A stretch of 32,000 nt of DNA from an uncultured delta proteobacterium (GTDB taxonomy: Bacteria > Desulfobacterota > Syntrophia > Syntrophales > Fen-1087): contig CAVWGC010000005.1 in the NCBI GenBank assembly GCA_963754515.1, forward strand, positions 122,140 through 154,139, written 5' to 3'. The notes under the pieces were generated by a model. It was given only the letters and a program-made list of their open reading frames with translations. It ran no database searches and was not told where the DNA came from. Below, piece by piece: positions 1 through 8,230 of this stretch (position 1 is the stretch's first letter; each line of letters starts with the position of its first letter). The translations under genes were made by a program, and so were the position numbers.

Positions 1-580
1 CATAGACCATCAGGTCCACCACGCGGCCGTTGGGGAGCCCCATGCGGTTCCCCCAGCGCATGTCGGGAAGCGAGTAAGGGCAGTTGCTCATGCTCTCCTG
101 GCCGCCGGCGATGACGATTTCGGCCCTACCGGTCTGAATCATCTGCACCGCGAGATCAATGGTTTTGATGCCTGAGGAGCAGACCTTGTTGACGGTTATG
201 GACGGGACGCTTTCCGGCAGGCCGGCCAGCAGGGTAGCCTGACGGCTCGGAACCTGGCCGCAGCCCGCCGGCACGACCTGACCCATGATGACATAGTCAA
301 CATCTTCGCCCTTCACCTTGCTGCCCGTTCTGCGCAGGCATTCCTTGATCGCCAAAGCGCCAAGTTGCGGGGCGTCAAACCCCTTGAGGGCACCGCCGAA
401 AACGCCGTAGGGCGTCCGGCAGGCCTCGACACAGACGACTTCCCGCAAATTCTTGTACTGACTCTTGATCTTCCTGCCCATCGTTGAAAAATCAGCTTTT
501 CGCTCACCGAATTTGGCAATGGGAGCGCCGGCATAATACTCTTTTCTCGTCTTGTCCAGTTTCTGTGGTGCTTTTTCCAT
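1..580 (-). CDS. Acetyl-CoA C-acetyltransferase (thiolase), N-terminal part; 3' end lies beyond the window start
   Basis: Own minus-strand translation from ATG at 580 (GGAGGGG about 6 nt upstream): MEKAPQKLDKTRKEYY...NLREVVCVEACRTPYGVFGGALKG...VNKVCSSGIKTIDLAVQMIQTGRAEIVIAGGQESMSNCPY. It contains the thiolase nucleophile-Cys context (NKVCSSG) and the GGxESMS motif. It is absent from the ORF track because it runs off the edge. An alternative internal start is ATG 481. Confidence 0.85.
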   Translation of the reverse strand, partial: MEKAPQKLDKTRKEYYAGAPIAKFGERKADFSTMGRKIKSQYKNLREVVCVEACRTPYGVFGGALKGFDAPQLGALAIKECLRRTGSKVKGEDVDYVIMGQVVPAGCGQVPSRQATLLAGLPESVPSITVNKVCSSGIKTIDLAVQMIQTGRAEIVIAGGQESMSNCPYSLPDMRWGNRMGLPNGRVVDLMVY

Positions 581-1369
581 TATTCCCCTCCTTTATGATT
601 CCGGAATCCGCCGGGCGAAAAACCTTATGGTTGTCTTCCCCGCGTTTTCCGATGCTGTTAAGTTAATCAAAAAAAGTATTACCAAATTATGGACGCACGC
701 ACAGCACAAAAAGGCTCATATGGAGTCCTTCCCGGCATGTCTGTGGCGATTTAATTCGACATGGATGTTGGTTCTGTAAATACTGCAGGATAATACTCCT
801 GAGAGAATATGCAAGAGACGCCCTGATGGCTGATCTGGCGCAAAACCTGTCAATCTCAATCATGGTCGGATAATTGTCAATGGTAGAGGGTCTTTCCATT
901 TTATTGATGCTTCCCGACAGGGACGCTGACCTATATAATCTTGAATGGGCGTTGTCAAGAAGATAATGGGGCAGATGGGCTACATTTTTGAGGAAAGTGA
1001 TATGTGTTAAAATACACGTATTTTCAATGGGATCGGCATATCTGACCGGGTTTCAGATCATCGCTGCGGCGACGCTCCCGGTTGCAGGAACTTTGCCATC
1101 TCCTGAAGACGGATTTCCTCCGGATCCGCGGCGTCGATGACGATCACGATCCCGTGCTGCAGGGAAAGGCCATGCAGGTCAATGTGCACGAATAAAGCCC
1201 CTCCACGAACCACTCGGAGCCGCGCCCCGCAAAGAGCATCCTGTGGTGGTTTATGTCCTGCCCCTTGACATGTCGGTGGATCACATATACTTTTGATTTC
1301 AGTATTTTATGCGCCTCTTTGCTTCCAGCAGACAGAGAAAACTGTTGAATCGCATCATGGACAAGATCG

Positions 1370-2380
1370 TCATACTGTCACGATATCTTTCTGAATGGTT
1401 TGATCGATGAGCCGGTCATACCAGGAGGCGTAGGGAAAGAATTCCAGAAAGCCGCAATGGCCGCCATAACGCTGGATCAGTAACTGCAGATGGGGATTTT
1501 TTTTCAGACGCCGGAAATCAGCGACCGTGATAAAGGGGTCGTCTTCGGAGGTGACGATCGTCACGGGCATGGACAGATCCCTGAAAGCGTCGTTGAGCAG
1601 GGTGTATTCCCTGAAATACGTACGGCAGTCTGAATGTTCCGGGTGCCAGGGCATCATGGCAATCGTCAGGCCGAGGCAGCTCCGCAGATGCAGGATGCCG
1701 TCAAAATTGTATCGATCCGGGAACAAGGCCTGCTTCTTGCGCAGCGACCGCTTCCATTTTCTCAAAAAATACAGGCGGTAAAAAGGCAGGCTTTCATCAA
1801 TCCGTTGAGTGGCTGTGTATGGATCCAGGGGCGGACTGATCGCAAAGACATGCATCAGGTTGACAATCCGGCGGAGCGATTGCCGCAGGGCAACCCGCAG
1901 GCCGAAATTACCTCCCAGAGAAAAACCCACCAGGTAAACCGGCAGGCCGTTTGCAAGGCGGCAAATATCGCTGACTGCATTAACGGTTTCCTCAATGAGT
2001 GCGCCATGAAAAAGCCCTTCGTTCAAATGATGACTCTCGCCGTGGTCGCGCAGGTTCAGGCGGAAGACGTCATATCCCTTCTCGAAGAGATACTTGCCCG
2101 ACGACTGGATATAGGCCGATTCGGAGCTTCCTTCCCAGCCGTGGATCAGGATGACCAGCGCCTTGCCCTGCTGATCCGGCTGCACGGAATGATAGCTCAG
2201 CAGACGGACGCCGGCGCCTCCGTCGACAATCACCGGCCGCGCCGCATCCATCATGGCATTTCGTCCATTGTTTCGCACCCGCGTTGTGGCGAGGATCGAT
2301 TGTAAATGCCGATTGCGGGATAAAAGATTAGGATGAAACGGCATGTTCAAAGAATCTCCAGGGATAATTACTTGCGCCAT
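1370..2380 (-). CDS. Alpha/beta-fold hydrolase, YheT/ABHD-like
   Basis: 336-aa ORF with HGWEGSS, the nucleophile elbow GFSLGGN, and later D and H candidates (SEDDPF, GGHCGF). This is the typical YheT-family layout. Confidence 0.8.
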   Translation of the reverse strand: MAQVIIPGDSLNMPFHPNLLSRNRHLQSILATTRVRNNGRNAMMDAARPVIVDGGAGVRLLSYHSVQPDQQGKALVILIHGWEGSSESAYIQSSGKYLFEKGYDVFRLNLRDHGESHHLNEGLFHGALIEETVNAVSDICRLANGLPVYLVGFSLGGNFGLRVALRQSLRRIVNLMHVFAISPPLDPYTATQRIDESLPFYRLYFLRKWKRSLRKKQALFPDRYNFDGILHLRSCLGLTIAMMPWHPEHSDCRTYFREYTLLNDAFRDLSMPVTIVTSEDDPFITVADFRRLKKNPHLQLLIQRYGGHCGFLEFFPYASWYDRLIDQTIQKDIVTV

Positions 2381-2539
2381 GTTTTTATGACTCCATGCAA
2401 AAGATCAATCTCAATATCATACTTTCAGCAAATATAAAAGAACGAAAACAGAATAGAACGCTGCTTAAATGGGTGGCGGTGCTCTTTCAAATATGGTAGC
2501 ATTTATGCAAATATCGGTAAAATTAAGGAGATATGACGC

Positions 2540-3343
2540 ATGAAACTTACCGCAGCACGAATCTGGTCGTCCATCGGGGACATCCGCAAAACGGCCCCGG
2601 TGGTCCACAACATCACCAATTATGTCGCCATGAACAACACAGCCAACGCCCTGCTGGCCATCGGGGCCTCGCCGGTCATGGCCCACGCGGAGGATGAGGT
2701 GGAAGACATGGTGGGCATCGCCGGCGCCCTCATCATCAACATCGGCACGCTGAGCGATCCCTGGATTCGCGCGATGTTCCGGGCCGCCCGCCGGGCAAAT
2801 AATAGGAACATCCCGGTCATTCTGGATCCCGTGGGCGCGGGCGCGACCGCCTACCGCACAGGCACGGCAAGGCAACTGCTGCGGGAAACCTCCACAGCGA
2901 TCATCCGCGGCAACGCCTCGGAAATCCTGGCGCTTTTGGATGAGAATGCATTAACAAAAGGCGTGGACAGCACGGCCGCCTCTCATGACGCCTTAGATGT
3001 CGCCCGTGAACTGAGCAACCTCAACGGGAGTGTCGTCTGTGTCAGCGGCGAGACGGATTATATCGTCCGCGGCAACGATGTCACCCGGATCATGAACGGC
3101 CACGCCATGATGACGCGCGTCACGGGCATGGGATGCATCGCGTCGGCCCTGTGCGGCGCGTTCGCCGCCGTCAACGGCGATCATGCCGAAGCGGCGGCTC
3201 AGGCCATGGCGGTCATGGGCATCGCCGGCGAAATGGCCTCGCAGGACGTCCCGGGACCCGGCAGCCTGCAAGTCCGCTTTCTCGACACCCTTTACCGGTT
3301 ATCAGAGAGCGACATCGAGCACCGCCTGAAAACGGAGAGCTGA
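2540..3343 (+). CDS. thiM: Hydroxyethylthiazole kinase
   Basis: 267-aa ORF with AAGGAG 9 nt upstream. The N-terminus APVVHNITNYVAMNNTANALLAIGASPVMA and the motif GTGC-like VTGMGC are typical of ThiM. Confidence 0.9.
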   Translation: MKLTAARIWSSIGDIRKTAPVVHNITNYVAMNNTANALLAIGASPVMAHAEDEVEDMVGIAGALIINIGTLSDPWIRAMFRAARRANNRNIPVILDPVGAGATAYRTGTARQLLRETSTAIIRGNASEILALLDENALTKGVDSTAASHDALDVARELSNLNGSVVCVSGETDYIVRGNDVTRIMNGHAMMTRVTGMGCIASALCGAFAAVNGDHAEAAAQAMAVMGIAGEMASQDVPGPGSLQVRFLDTLYRLSESDIEHRLKTES

Positions 3344-3344
3344 G

Positions 3345-3992
3345 ATGCACGGATTGTACCTGGTGACCGATCGCGCACTCTGCGGTCACAGAACCGTCGA
3401 AGAGGTGGTTTTCATGGCTCTTCAGGGCGGCGCAACCTGTATCCAGTTGCGCGAAAAAGACGCTTCGACCCGCGATTTTGTGGAAGTAGCACAGCGGATC
3501 AAGGCGAGCATGGCCTCCTTCCGGGCATCCCTGATCATTAACGACCGTATCGATGTGGCCCTCGCCATCGGGGCTCATGGCGTTCACGTCGGACAGCGCG
3601 ACATGCCCTGTGAAATCGCCAGAAAGCTCCTGGGACCCCGCGCGCTGATCGGTCTTTCCGTGGAAACCTGGGAAGACGTGGAACGGGCCGAGGCGCTTAA
3701 CGTTGATTATCTGGGCGTGAGCCCCATCTTCAAGACGCCGACAAAGACCGATACAAAAGGGCACTGGGGATTGGAAGGATTGAGCCGGATCAGGGCCGCG
3801 ACACGCCGATCGCTCGTCGCCATAGGCGGTCTCAATGCCGACAACGCAGCGGAGGTCATCCGGGCGGGCGCCGACAGTGTCGCCGTGGTTTCCGCGATCT
3901 GCACGGCCCCCGATCCACAGCGGGCCGCGCTGGAACTCCACAATATCATTCAGTCCGCGCTGGAACAAAGGGGGAGACAGCATCACCGCTGA
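3345..3992 (+). CDS. thiE: Thiamine-phosphate synthase
   Basis: 215-aa ORF starting 1 nt after the thiM stop (TGAgATG). It shows LYLVTDR..., IQLREKD, HGVHVGQRD and GVSPIFKTPTK, which are ThiE signatures. Confidence 0.9.
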   Translation: MHGLYLVTDRALCGHRTVEEVVFMALQGGATCIQLREKDASTRDFVEVAQRIKASMASFRASLIINDRIDVALAIGAHGVHVGQRDMPCEIARKLLGPRALIGLSVETWEDVERAEALNVDYLGVSPIFKTPTKTDTKGHWGLEGLSRIRAATRRSLVAIGGLNADNAAEVIRAGADSVAVVSAICTAPDPQRAALELHNIIQSALEQRGRQHHR

Positions 3993-4048
3993 TAAATCCC
4001 CTTTCACCATCTTTGCAAAAGGGAGAGATTCAAGGAATCTTTTTGATC

Positions 4049-4882
4049 ATGTCACCGGGGAAAATGATTCTATTCGACTATTCCGGAACGTTGAGCCTGG
4101 AAGCCCCCCTGTTTGCCGGCCACGACTTCCTGATGCAACAACTCGAAGCGTGCGGCTTGCGGGCTTTCGGGATCGACAGCCCGCGCATTTTCTGGGAGCG
4201 GCTCGTGAATCCGACCTGGATGGAAGGCAGCACGACCGCCACGGGTTACAAGAAAGTGCTGTTCGGGCAGATCGTCGCCGTGCTGAATCCGGATATGCCC
4301 CTGCATCGGCGCGCCGGGCTTGCCGATGCCGTCTCCACTTTCGTCGACCGCTATTTCAGATATTCCCGTATCGATCCGCGCTGGGAAAAGGTTTTGCGCA
4401 AAATCGACGCGCACCCTTCCGTCAAAGCCGTCATCGCGACGGATCATTATGCGGAAGCGACAGGCATCATCATCAAATTCCTCGGCGACTGGCAGATCAA
4501 GGCGGTAACCGCAACGGAAGCCGCCCTGAATCCACAGACCGCATGCTGCATCGTCGCCAACTCGGCGGATATGGGTGTCCATAAAGCCGACACCCGCTTC
4601 TGGCAGATACTCAAAACAAGCCTGCGCCTCGATGCCATCGGTCAGATTCTGATTGTCGATGATTTTGGATACAACGAACAGGACGCTGACGATTACGGCA
4701 AACGGCAAAAAGTTCAAGAGAGAATGAACGCGACCGTTGCGACGCTGGAGACGGTTTTTTCAGCGGCCATCGATGTTTTTCCCTTCATGATCGGGGCGAA
4801 CGCAGAAGAGCGGGATGCACGGCTCGAAACGCTCGTCGTAGACGTGACAACCGTCATCGACCGCTTTCTGACTTCCCGGTAG
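4049..4882 (+). CDS. HAD-superfamily-like hypothetical protein with variant motif I (DYSGT)
   Basis: The track ORF 4013..4882 begins at a TTG. The first ATGs are 4049 and 4064. ILFDYSGTLS resembles HAD motif I, VIATDHY resembles motif II, and K...IVDDFG resembles motifs III/IV. The function is not recognisable. Confidence 0.6.
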   Translation: MSPGKMILFDYSGTLSLEAPLFAGHDFLMQQLEACGLRAFGIDSPRIFWERLVNPTWMEGSTTATGYKKVLFGQIVAVLNPDMPLHRRAGLADAVSTFVDRYFRYSRIDPRWEKVLRKIDAHPSVKAVIATDHYAEATGIIIKFLGDWQIKAVTATEAALNPQTACCIVANSADMGVHKADTRFWQILKTSLRLDAIGQILIVDDFGYNEQDADDYGKRQKVQERMNATVATLETVFSAAIDVFPFMIGANAEERDARLETLVVDVTTVIDRFLTSR

Positions 4883-5043
4883 GGTACCTACAGGGCGATC
4901 AAACCGCCAAAATATGCTTTCCATTGATCCTTTGAGTGCTTTGCATAATCAGTGAAAGATGATTTGTAAGCGGCGAAGCCATTTTTAAAAGGTCTCTTTT
5001 TTCACTGCCAAATTCCGCAATAAAATAGGGAGGTGAACGTCTC

Positions 5044-5463
5044 ATGAAATCTTTTCGCAAGGAACTCTGGTTCAATGTTCCCGCTCGTCGCGGGTTTGTC
5101 AATATTACGGCTCATGTCGAGCACTGCCTGGTGGAAAGCGGCATCTCCGAGGGGCTGGCACTGGTCAACGCAATGCACATTACAGCTTCGGTTTTCATCA
5201 ATGACGATGAATCCGGTTTGCATCAGGACTATGAGGAATGGCTTGAAAAGCTTGCTCCGCATGAACCTGTTTCAAAATATCGGCACAACAGGACAGGTGA
5301 GGACAACGGTGACGCTCATTTAAAAAGGCAGATCATGGGTCGGGAAGTTGTTGTCGCTGTCACTAATGGCAAACTGGATTTCGGACCTTGGGAACAGATT
5401 TTCTATGGTGAGTTCGACGGCAGGAGAAAGAAGAGGGTTTTGGTCAAGATCATCGGGGAGTGA
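5044..5463 (+). CDS. YjbQ/UPF0047 family protein (secondary thiamine-phosphate synthase family)
   Basis: 139-aa ORF with GGGAGGTGA upstream. The sequence ...[11 protein letters not shown]...[31 protein letters not shown]...[11 protein letters not shown]...[15 protein letters not shown] is the typical YjbQ fold sequence. Confidence 0.85.
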   Translation: MKSFRKELWFNVPARRGFVNITAHVEHCLVESGISEGLALVNAMHITASVFINDDESGLHQDYEEWLEKLAPHEPVSKYRHNRTGEDNGDAHLKRQIMGREVVVAVTNGKLDFGPWEQIFYGEFDGRRKKRVLVKIIGE

Positions 5464-5684
5464 GTTATTGCATCTGCATGACTGAAAATTATGCCTTTTG
5501 CCTGCGGACGATGCCCTGTACCGCATGAATTCATGAAACATGATAAATACACGCTCATCATGACTGGAACCGCTTTTACACAGCTTTTTCGAGATGATTG
5601 TTGTTTAGCTGAAATTGACGTCAGGGTCCTTTATAAACACCGTTCGAACGGGAGAAAAATAAACCGGGGTGTTTATGAAACCTA

Positions 5685-6231
5685 TTATGCTTTACCGTTA
5701 TCTGGCAAAAGCCCGATCAGCAGCAGTGGGACCGGAATAGTCAGGGCTGAAAAATGTGCTTGGGCATACTCAAAAGATGCCATGTTGTTTATGCTTTGAG
5801 ACCTTTGAATTTCTCCCGAAACCTGGGAATTTGTCATTCCCGTGAAAACGGGAATCCAGTCTTTTCAAGAGCTTCTGGATTCCCGCCTGCGCGGGAATGA
5901 CACAGTGGAGGCGTTTTCCAAAGCTCTCGCTTTGTGGATTGCGTGAAGGGAAAAACCGCAGGGGATCAGTCGGAACGATCAAGACAGACAGGGATAGGAG
6001 CTTGTTGACCAAGCCATAGTGGAATTTATAATAGTCCCGATAGATGGTGGACGAGTTCCCGAACTGAATTTCAACGAAAACGTCGTTTTTTGCAAAATCA
6101 TCCTTGTGCTTCAGTTTTTCGCAAAGAACAGGGTGGAGCGTCCAGCCACCGATTTTTTCAAATTCTATCTCAAAAAGTCGGTTATACGCTTCCTGCCAAG
6201 CAACTTCCTTTCCTGACCTCGACATGGCCAT
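5685..6231 (-). pseudogene. BglII/BamHI-like type II restriction endonuclease gene, interrupted by a 70-bp palindromic repeat
   Basis: The N-terminal part of track ORF 5770..6231 reads ...KDDFAKNDVFVEIQFGNSSTIYRDYYKF...LSVLIVPTD, which is the D-x(n)-E-x-Q/FG core I recall from BglII/BstYI. The ORF then reads through the repeat (CVIPAQAGIQ...RFHGNDK). Past the repeat, a frame shifted by +1 gives ...NMASFEYAQAHFSALTIPVPLLLIGLLPDNGKA*, with its stop at 5685. That is the frame expected if a 3n+1 insertion were removed. Confidence 0.5.
5833..5902. repeat. Palindromic double-hairpin repeat (GGGAATGACA-type core), inserted in the endonuclease gene
   Basis: The sequence is tgtcattcccgtgaaaacgggaatccag ... 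ctggattcccgcctgcgcgggaatgaca. These are two inverted hairpin modules. The same module forms the core of the MITEs at 8010 and 16390. Confidence 0.7.
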
Positions 6232-6769
6232 TGCCTAGTCAGGCAGCCAAGGCACTCTGCGGATCACCTGATAAATCTCCTGAACCTCGTCAAGCGGATC
6301 AATCAGTTTAGGGCTGCAAAATATGTAAGAGTTCATAAATTCCATTTGATGTTGCTCTCACCACGATGAACCTTATTGCAAAGATATTCGATACCCTGTC
6401 ATAATGCAACACTGATGCAATAGAACAGAAATTATAAACGGGGGTGAACTTATCGATCCCTTGTTATCCTGCTTCGTATTTTTTCTCGCACAGCCATCAG
6501 GAAAACAGCATTTGCTTATTCCTGAAAGAGTGAAGCCGGTAATCGTTTCTGTATCCATCATTTCAAATAGTAATTTTTTAAGACTATACCCCTGTTCAGG
6601 ACACTTTATGCTTGTAATCTCCATTTGAAACCAATCTCCTCAAGTCGTTTAATCCTGTCTGGAGATAGCACCAAAGTCATAACCTCATTTATCAAAGAAC
6701 CGAAATCGAGCTAATTTATACACAACAAACCCAGAAGACCCATATTTATAAAAAGCGCGGGCTGCGGCA

Positions 6770-7012
6770 GTGGCTGGATGGTGGACTGTGCTAATTGCCT
6801 ATTGTATCCTGCTGATTCAATGGATTGCTTATTTGCTGATCATGCCCAGGCAGCCGGCAGCAATACTTTGCTTCTGGGGTCAAGGCGTTACATGGCCTGA
6901 AATTCGTACTATCTGGCTGTGGGCAATGGTGGCATATTAGCTCGGCGTCGCAATGATGATATCTGTCGTCATCTGGCTGACACTTTGGGCAAGAAAACTG
7001 GCAAAAATATAG
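6770..7012 (+). pseudogene. Small hydrophobic (about 3-TM) ORF interrupted by an in-frame TAG; below the ORF-track cut-off
   Basis: Own translation from GTG 6770: VAGWWTVLIAYCILLIQWIAYLLIMPRQPAAILCFWGQGVTWPEIRTIWLWAMVAY*(TAG 6938-6940)LGVAMMISVVIWLTLWARKLAKI*. Both halves are in the same frame. No family was recognised. Confidence 0.25.
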
Positions 7013-7385
7013 AATTGACAGTTGTGGCCAAGTAACTGTTTTCAATAAGCACTGCTTCCTGTAACAAAGCGCCCCGCGGTTCAAACGGAGAGCCACTCTT
7101 TCGGACGGTAATCAATAATGAAAACAGAGGCGATTATCCTCTTGACTTTTCATTCTCATAAGCGCATTCATCAGTCGGCGTTTCTCATATTCGCTCAGTA
7201 ACCCCATCAACCTCACTCTTAGCCTTCTGGAGTTCGCCGTGAATAGGATTCATCGGAAGGTGCCGATGCATAGCCTCCGGGAAGGTATCATAACTCGTTG
7301 GGGGCCTGAAACTTTCTCCTAAATAGTTTTCCCTAATTTATTTTTTCCAACAAATTATTTCACCCAAATGGAAGGAGGCAGTAAA

Positions 7386-7682
7386 ATGGTTTCAATGATT
7401 GCGAAGTTGCCCGTTAAAGTGGATAAAGTGGAAGAGGCTATTGCGGCTATCAAGGAATTTATGGTGCAGGTGGCAAAGGAAGAAGGCACTCTTTCATACA
7501 CGCTGAACCGTGACCCTAAAAACCCCAACACACTCGTTTTCATGGAGCGTTACAAAGACAAGGCCGCTTTGGATGCCCACATGGCTTCACCTCACTTCCA
7601 AACATTTCTTGCCAAGGGAATGCCTATGTTGGCTGGTCAGCCTGAAATGATTACAATGGAAGAAATCTGTTCTGCCCGCTAA
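7386..7682 (+). CDS. Antibiotic-biosynthesis-monooxygenase (ABM) domain protein / putative quinol monooxygenase
   Basis: The track ORF starts at 7368, but GGAGG precedes the in-frame ATG at 7386. MVSMIAKLPVKVDKVEEAIAAIKEFMVQVAKEEGTLSYTLNRDPKNPNTLVFMERYKDKAALDAHMASPHFQTF is a typical ABM/YgiN-like sequence. Confidence 0.8.
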   Translation: MVSMIAKLPVKVDKVEEAIAAIKEFMVQVAKEEGTLSYTLNRDPKNPNTLVFMERYKDKAALDAHMASPHFQTFLAKGMPMLAGQPEMITMEEICSAR

Positions 7683-7745
7683 TGGTCCAGTCTACAAGAT
7701 ACCTGTTCGGTGACGCGTTCTAATACCGTGGTTCTTACTTGGGAG

Positions 7746-7777
7746 GGCAGGGTCAGAAATGGCTCTGCCTTTTTCTT
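7746..7777 (+). terminator. Intrinsic terminator after the ABM gene
   Basis: ggcagggtc-agaaat-ggctctgcc forms a 9-bp stem including G-U pairs and is followed by TTTTTCTT. Confidence 0.6.
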
Positions 7778-8009
7778 GTGCACTTCAAGTCGCAATCACC
7801 GGTATAATCTCATCACATAGATTGCATTGTTGTAAGTAGTGAGAGCATTTGCTGCTTCCTGAACTGTTGTTTTTTCAATTTTGCCATTTCATGCTAAGTG
7901 CTCCATTTCATAAGTTCGGTTACGTATTTTTCGAAGCCGCATTGCTGATCATAGCGGGATTGGATACAAATTGAGCGTCACCGTAATCACGAAACGCTGT
8001 ACTAAGTTA

Positions 8010-8129
8010 TTACTCCGGCAAGTAAACATATCAAGGTTGTCATGCCGGACTTGATCCGGCATCCAGTCCTGTTCTGGATTCCCGCTTTCGCGGGAATGAC
8101 AGTATTGGCATTTATTGTTGCCGGAGTAA
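8010..8129. mobile_element. MITE-like non-autonomous element, copy A (120 bp, TIRs TTACTCCGGCAA, flanked by TA/TA)
   Basis: The left end TTACTCCGGCAAGTAAACAT and the right end ATTTATTGTTGCCGGAGTAA are inverted repeats. TA lies at 8008-8009 and at 8130-8131. The core carries the hairpins tgccggacttgatccggca and cccgctttcgcggg. A near-identical copy sits at 16390..16510. Confidence 0.75.
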
Positions 8130-8230
8130 TACATTGAATATTGATTATGTAAAGAATCCCGACAATGCTTTCAAATGGCAATAGCGATAGAGGATACTAG
8201 AATGATTTTAACGCTTTGTAGATGACTACA

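Noticed and set aside
687-899. 70-aa minus-strand ORF upstream of the thiolase, with a TTGACA-17-TATAGG promoter-like sequence at about 925-953.
   Set aside because: The promoter-like match may simply drive the thiolase gene. The ORF has a weak RBS and no recognisable motifs, so the evidence is insufficient to call a CDS.
1055-1369. Possible gene remnant downstream of the hydrolase. Minus-strand frames read …VHDAIQQFSLSAGSKEAHKILKSKVYVIHRHVKGQDINHH…WFVEGL and, after a frame change, FVHIDLHGLSLQHGIVIVIDAADPEEIRLQEMAKFLQ*.
   Set aside because: There is no start codon in the main frame, a frameshift is needed to join the parts, and I cannot assign a family. It is noted as a likely decayed ORF only.
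2381-2539. Expected TPP (THI-box) riboswitch upstream of thiM.
   Set aside because: I looked for the conserved CUGAGA and GGAUAAUGCC/ACCUGAUC elements on the plus strand and found none. This was a visual check only and needs covariance-model confirmation.
5491-5799. 102-aa plus-strand ORF after yjbQ.
   Set aside because: No RBS and an odd composition. It overlaps the inferred native 3' end of the endonuclease pseudogene on the other strand.
6373-6624. 83-aa minus-strand ORF (MEITSIKCPEQGYSLKK…).
   Set aside because: No recognisable family. Its ATG sits inside the end of the HA-domain fragment, and it lies in a region of obvious gene decay. It is treated as a possible remnant, not a gene.
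6791-7096. 101-aa Cys/His-rich minus-strand ORF (GTG start).
   Set aside because: No RBS or recognisable motif. It overlaps a plus-strand frame with far more protein-like (hydrophobic helix) character. It is probably non-coding.
7949-8134. 61-aa ORF (…CHSRESGNPEQDWMPDQVRHDN…).
   Set aside because: It lies inside the MITE. The peptide is the typical spurious translation of the hairpin modules.
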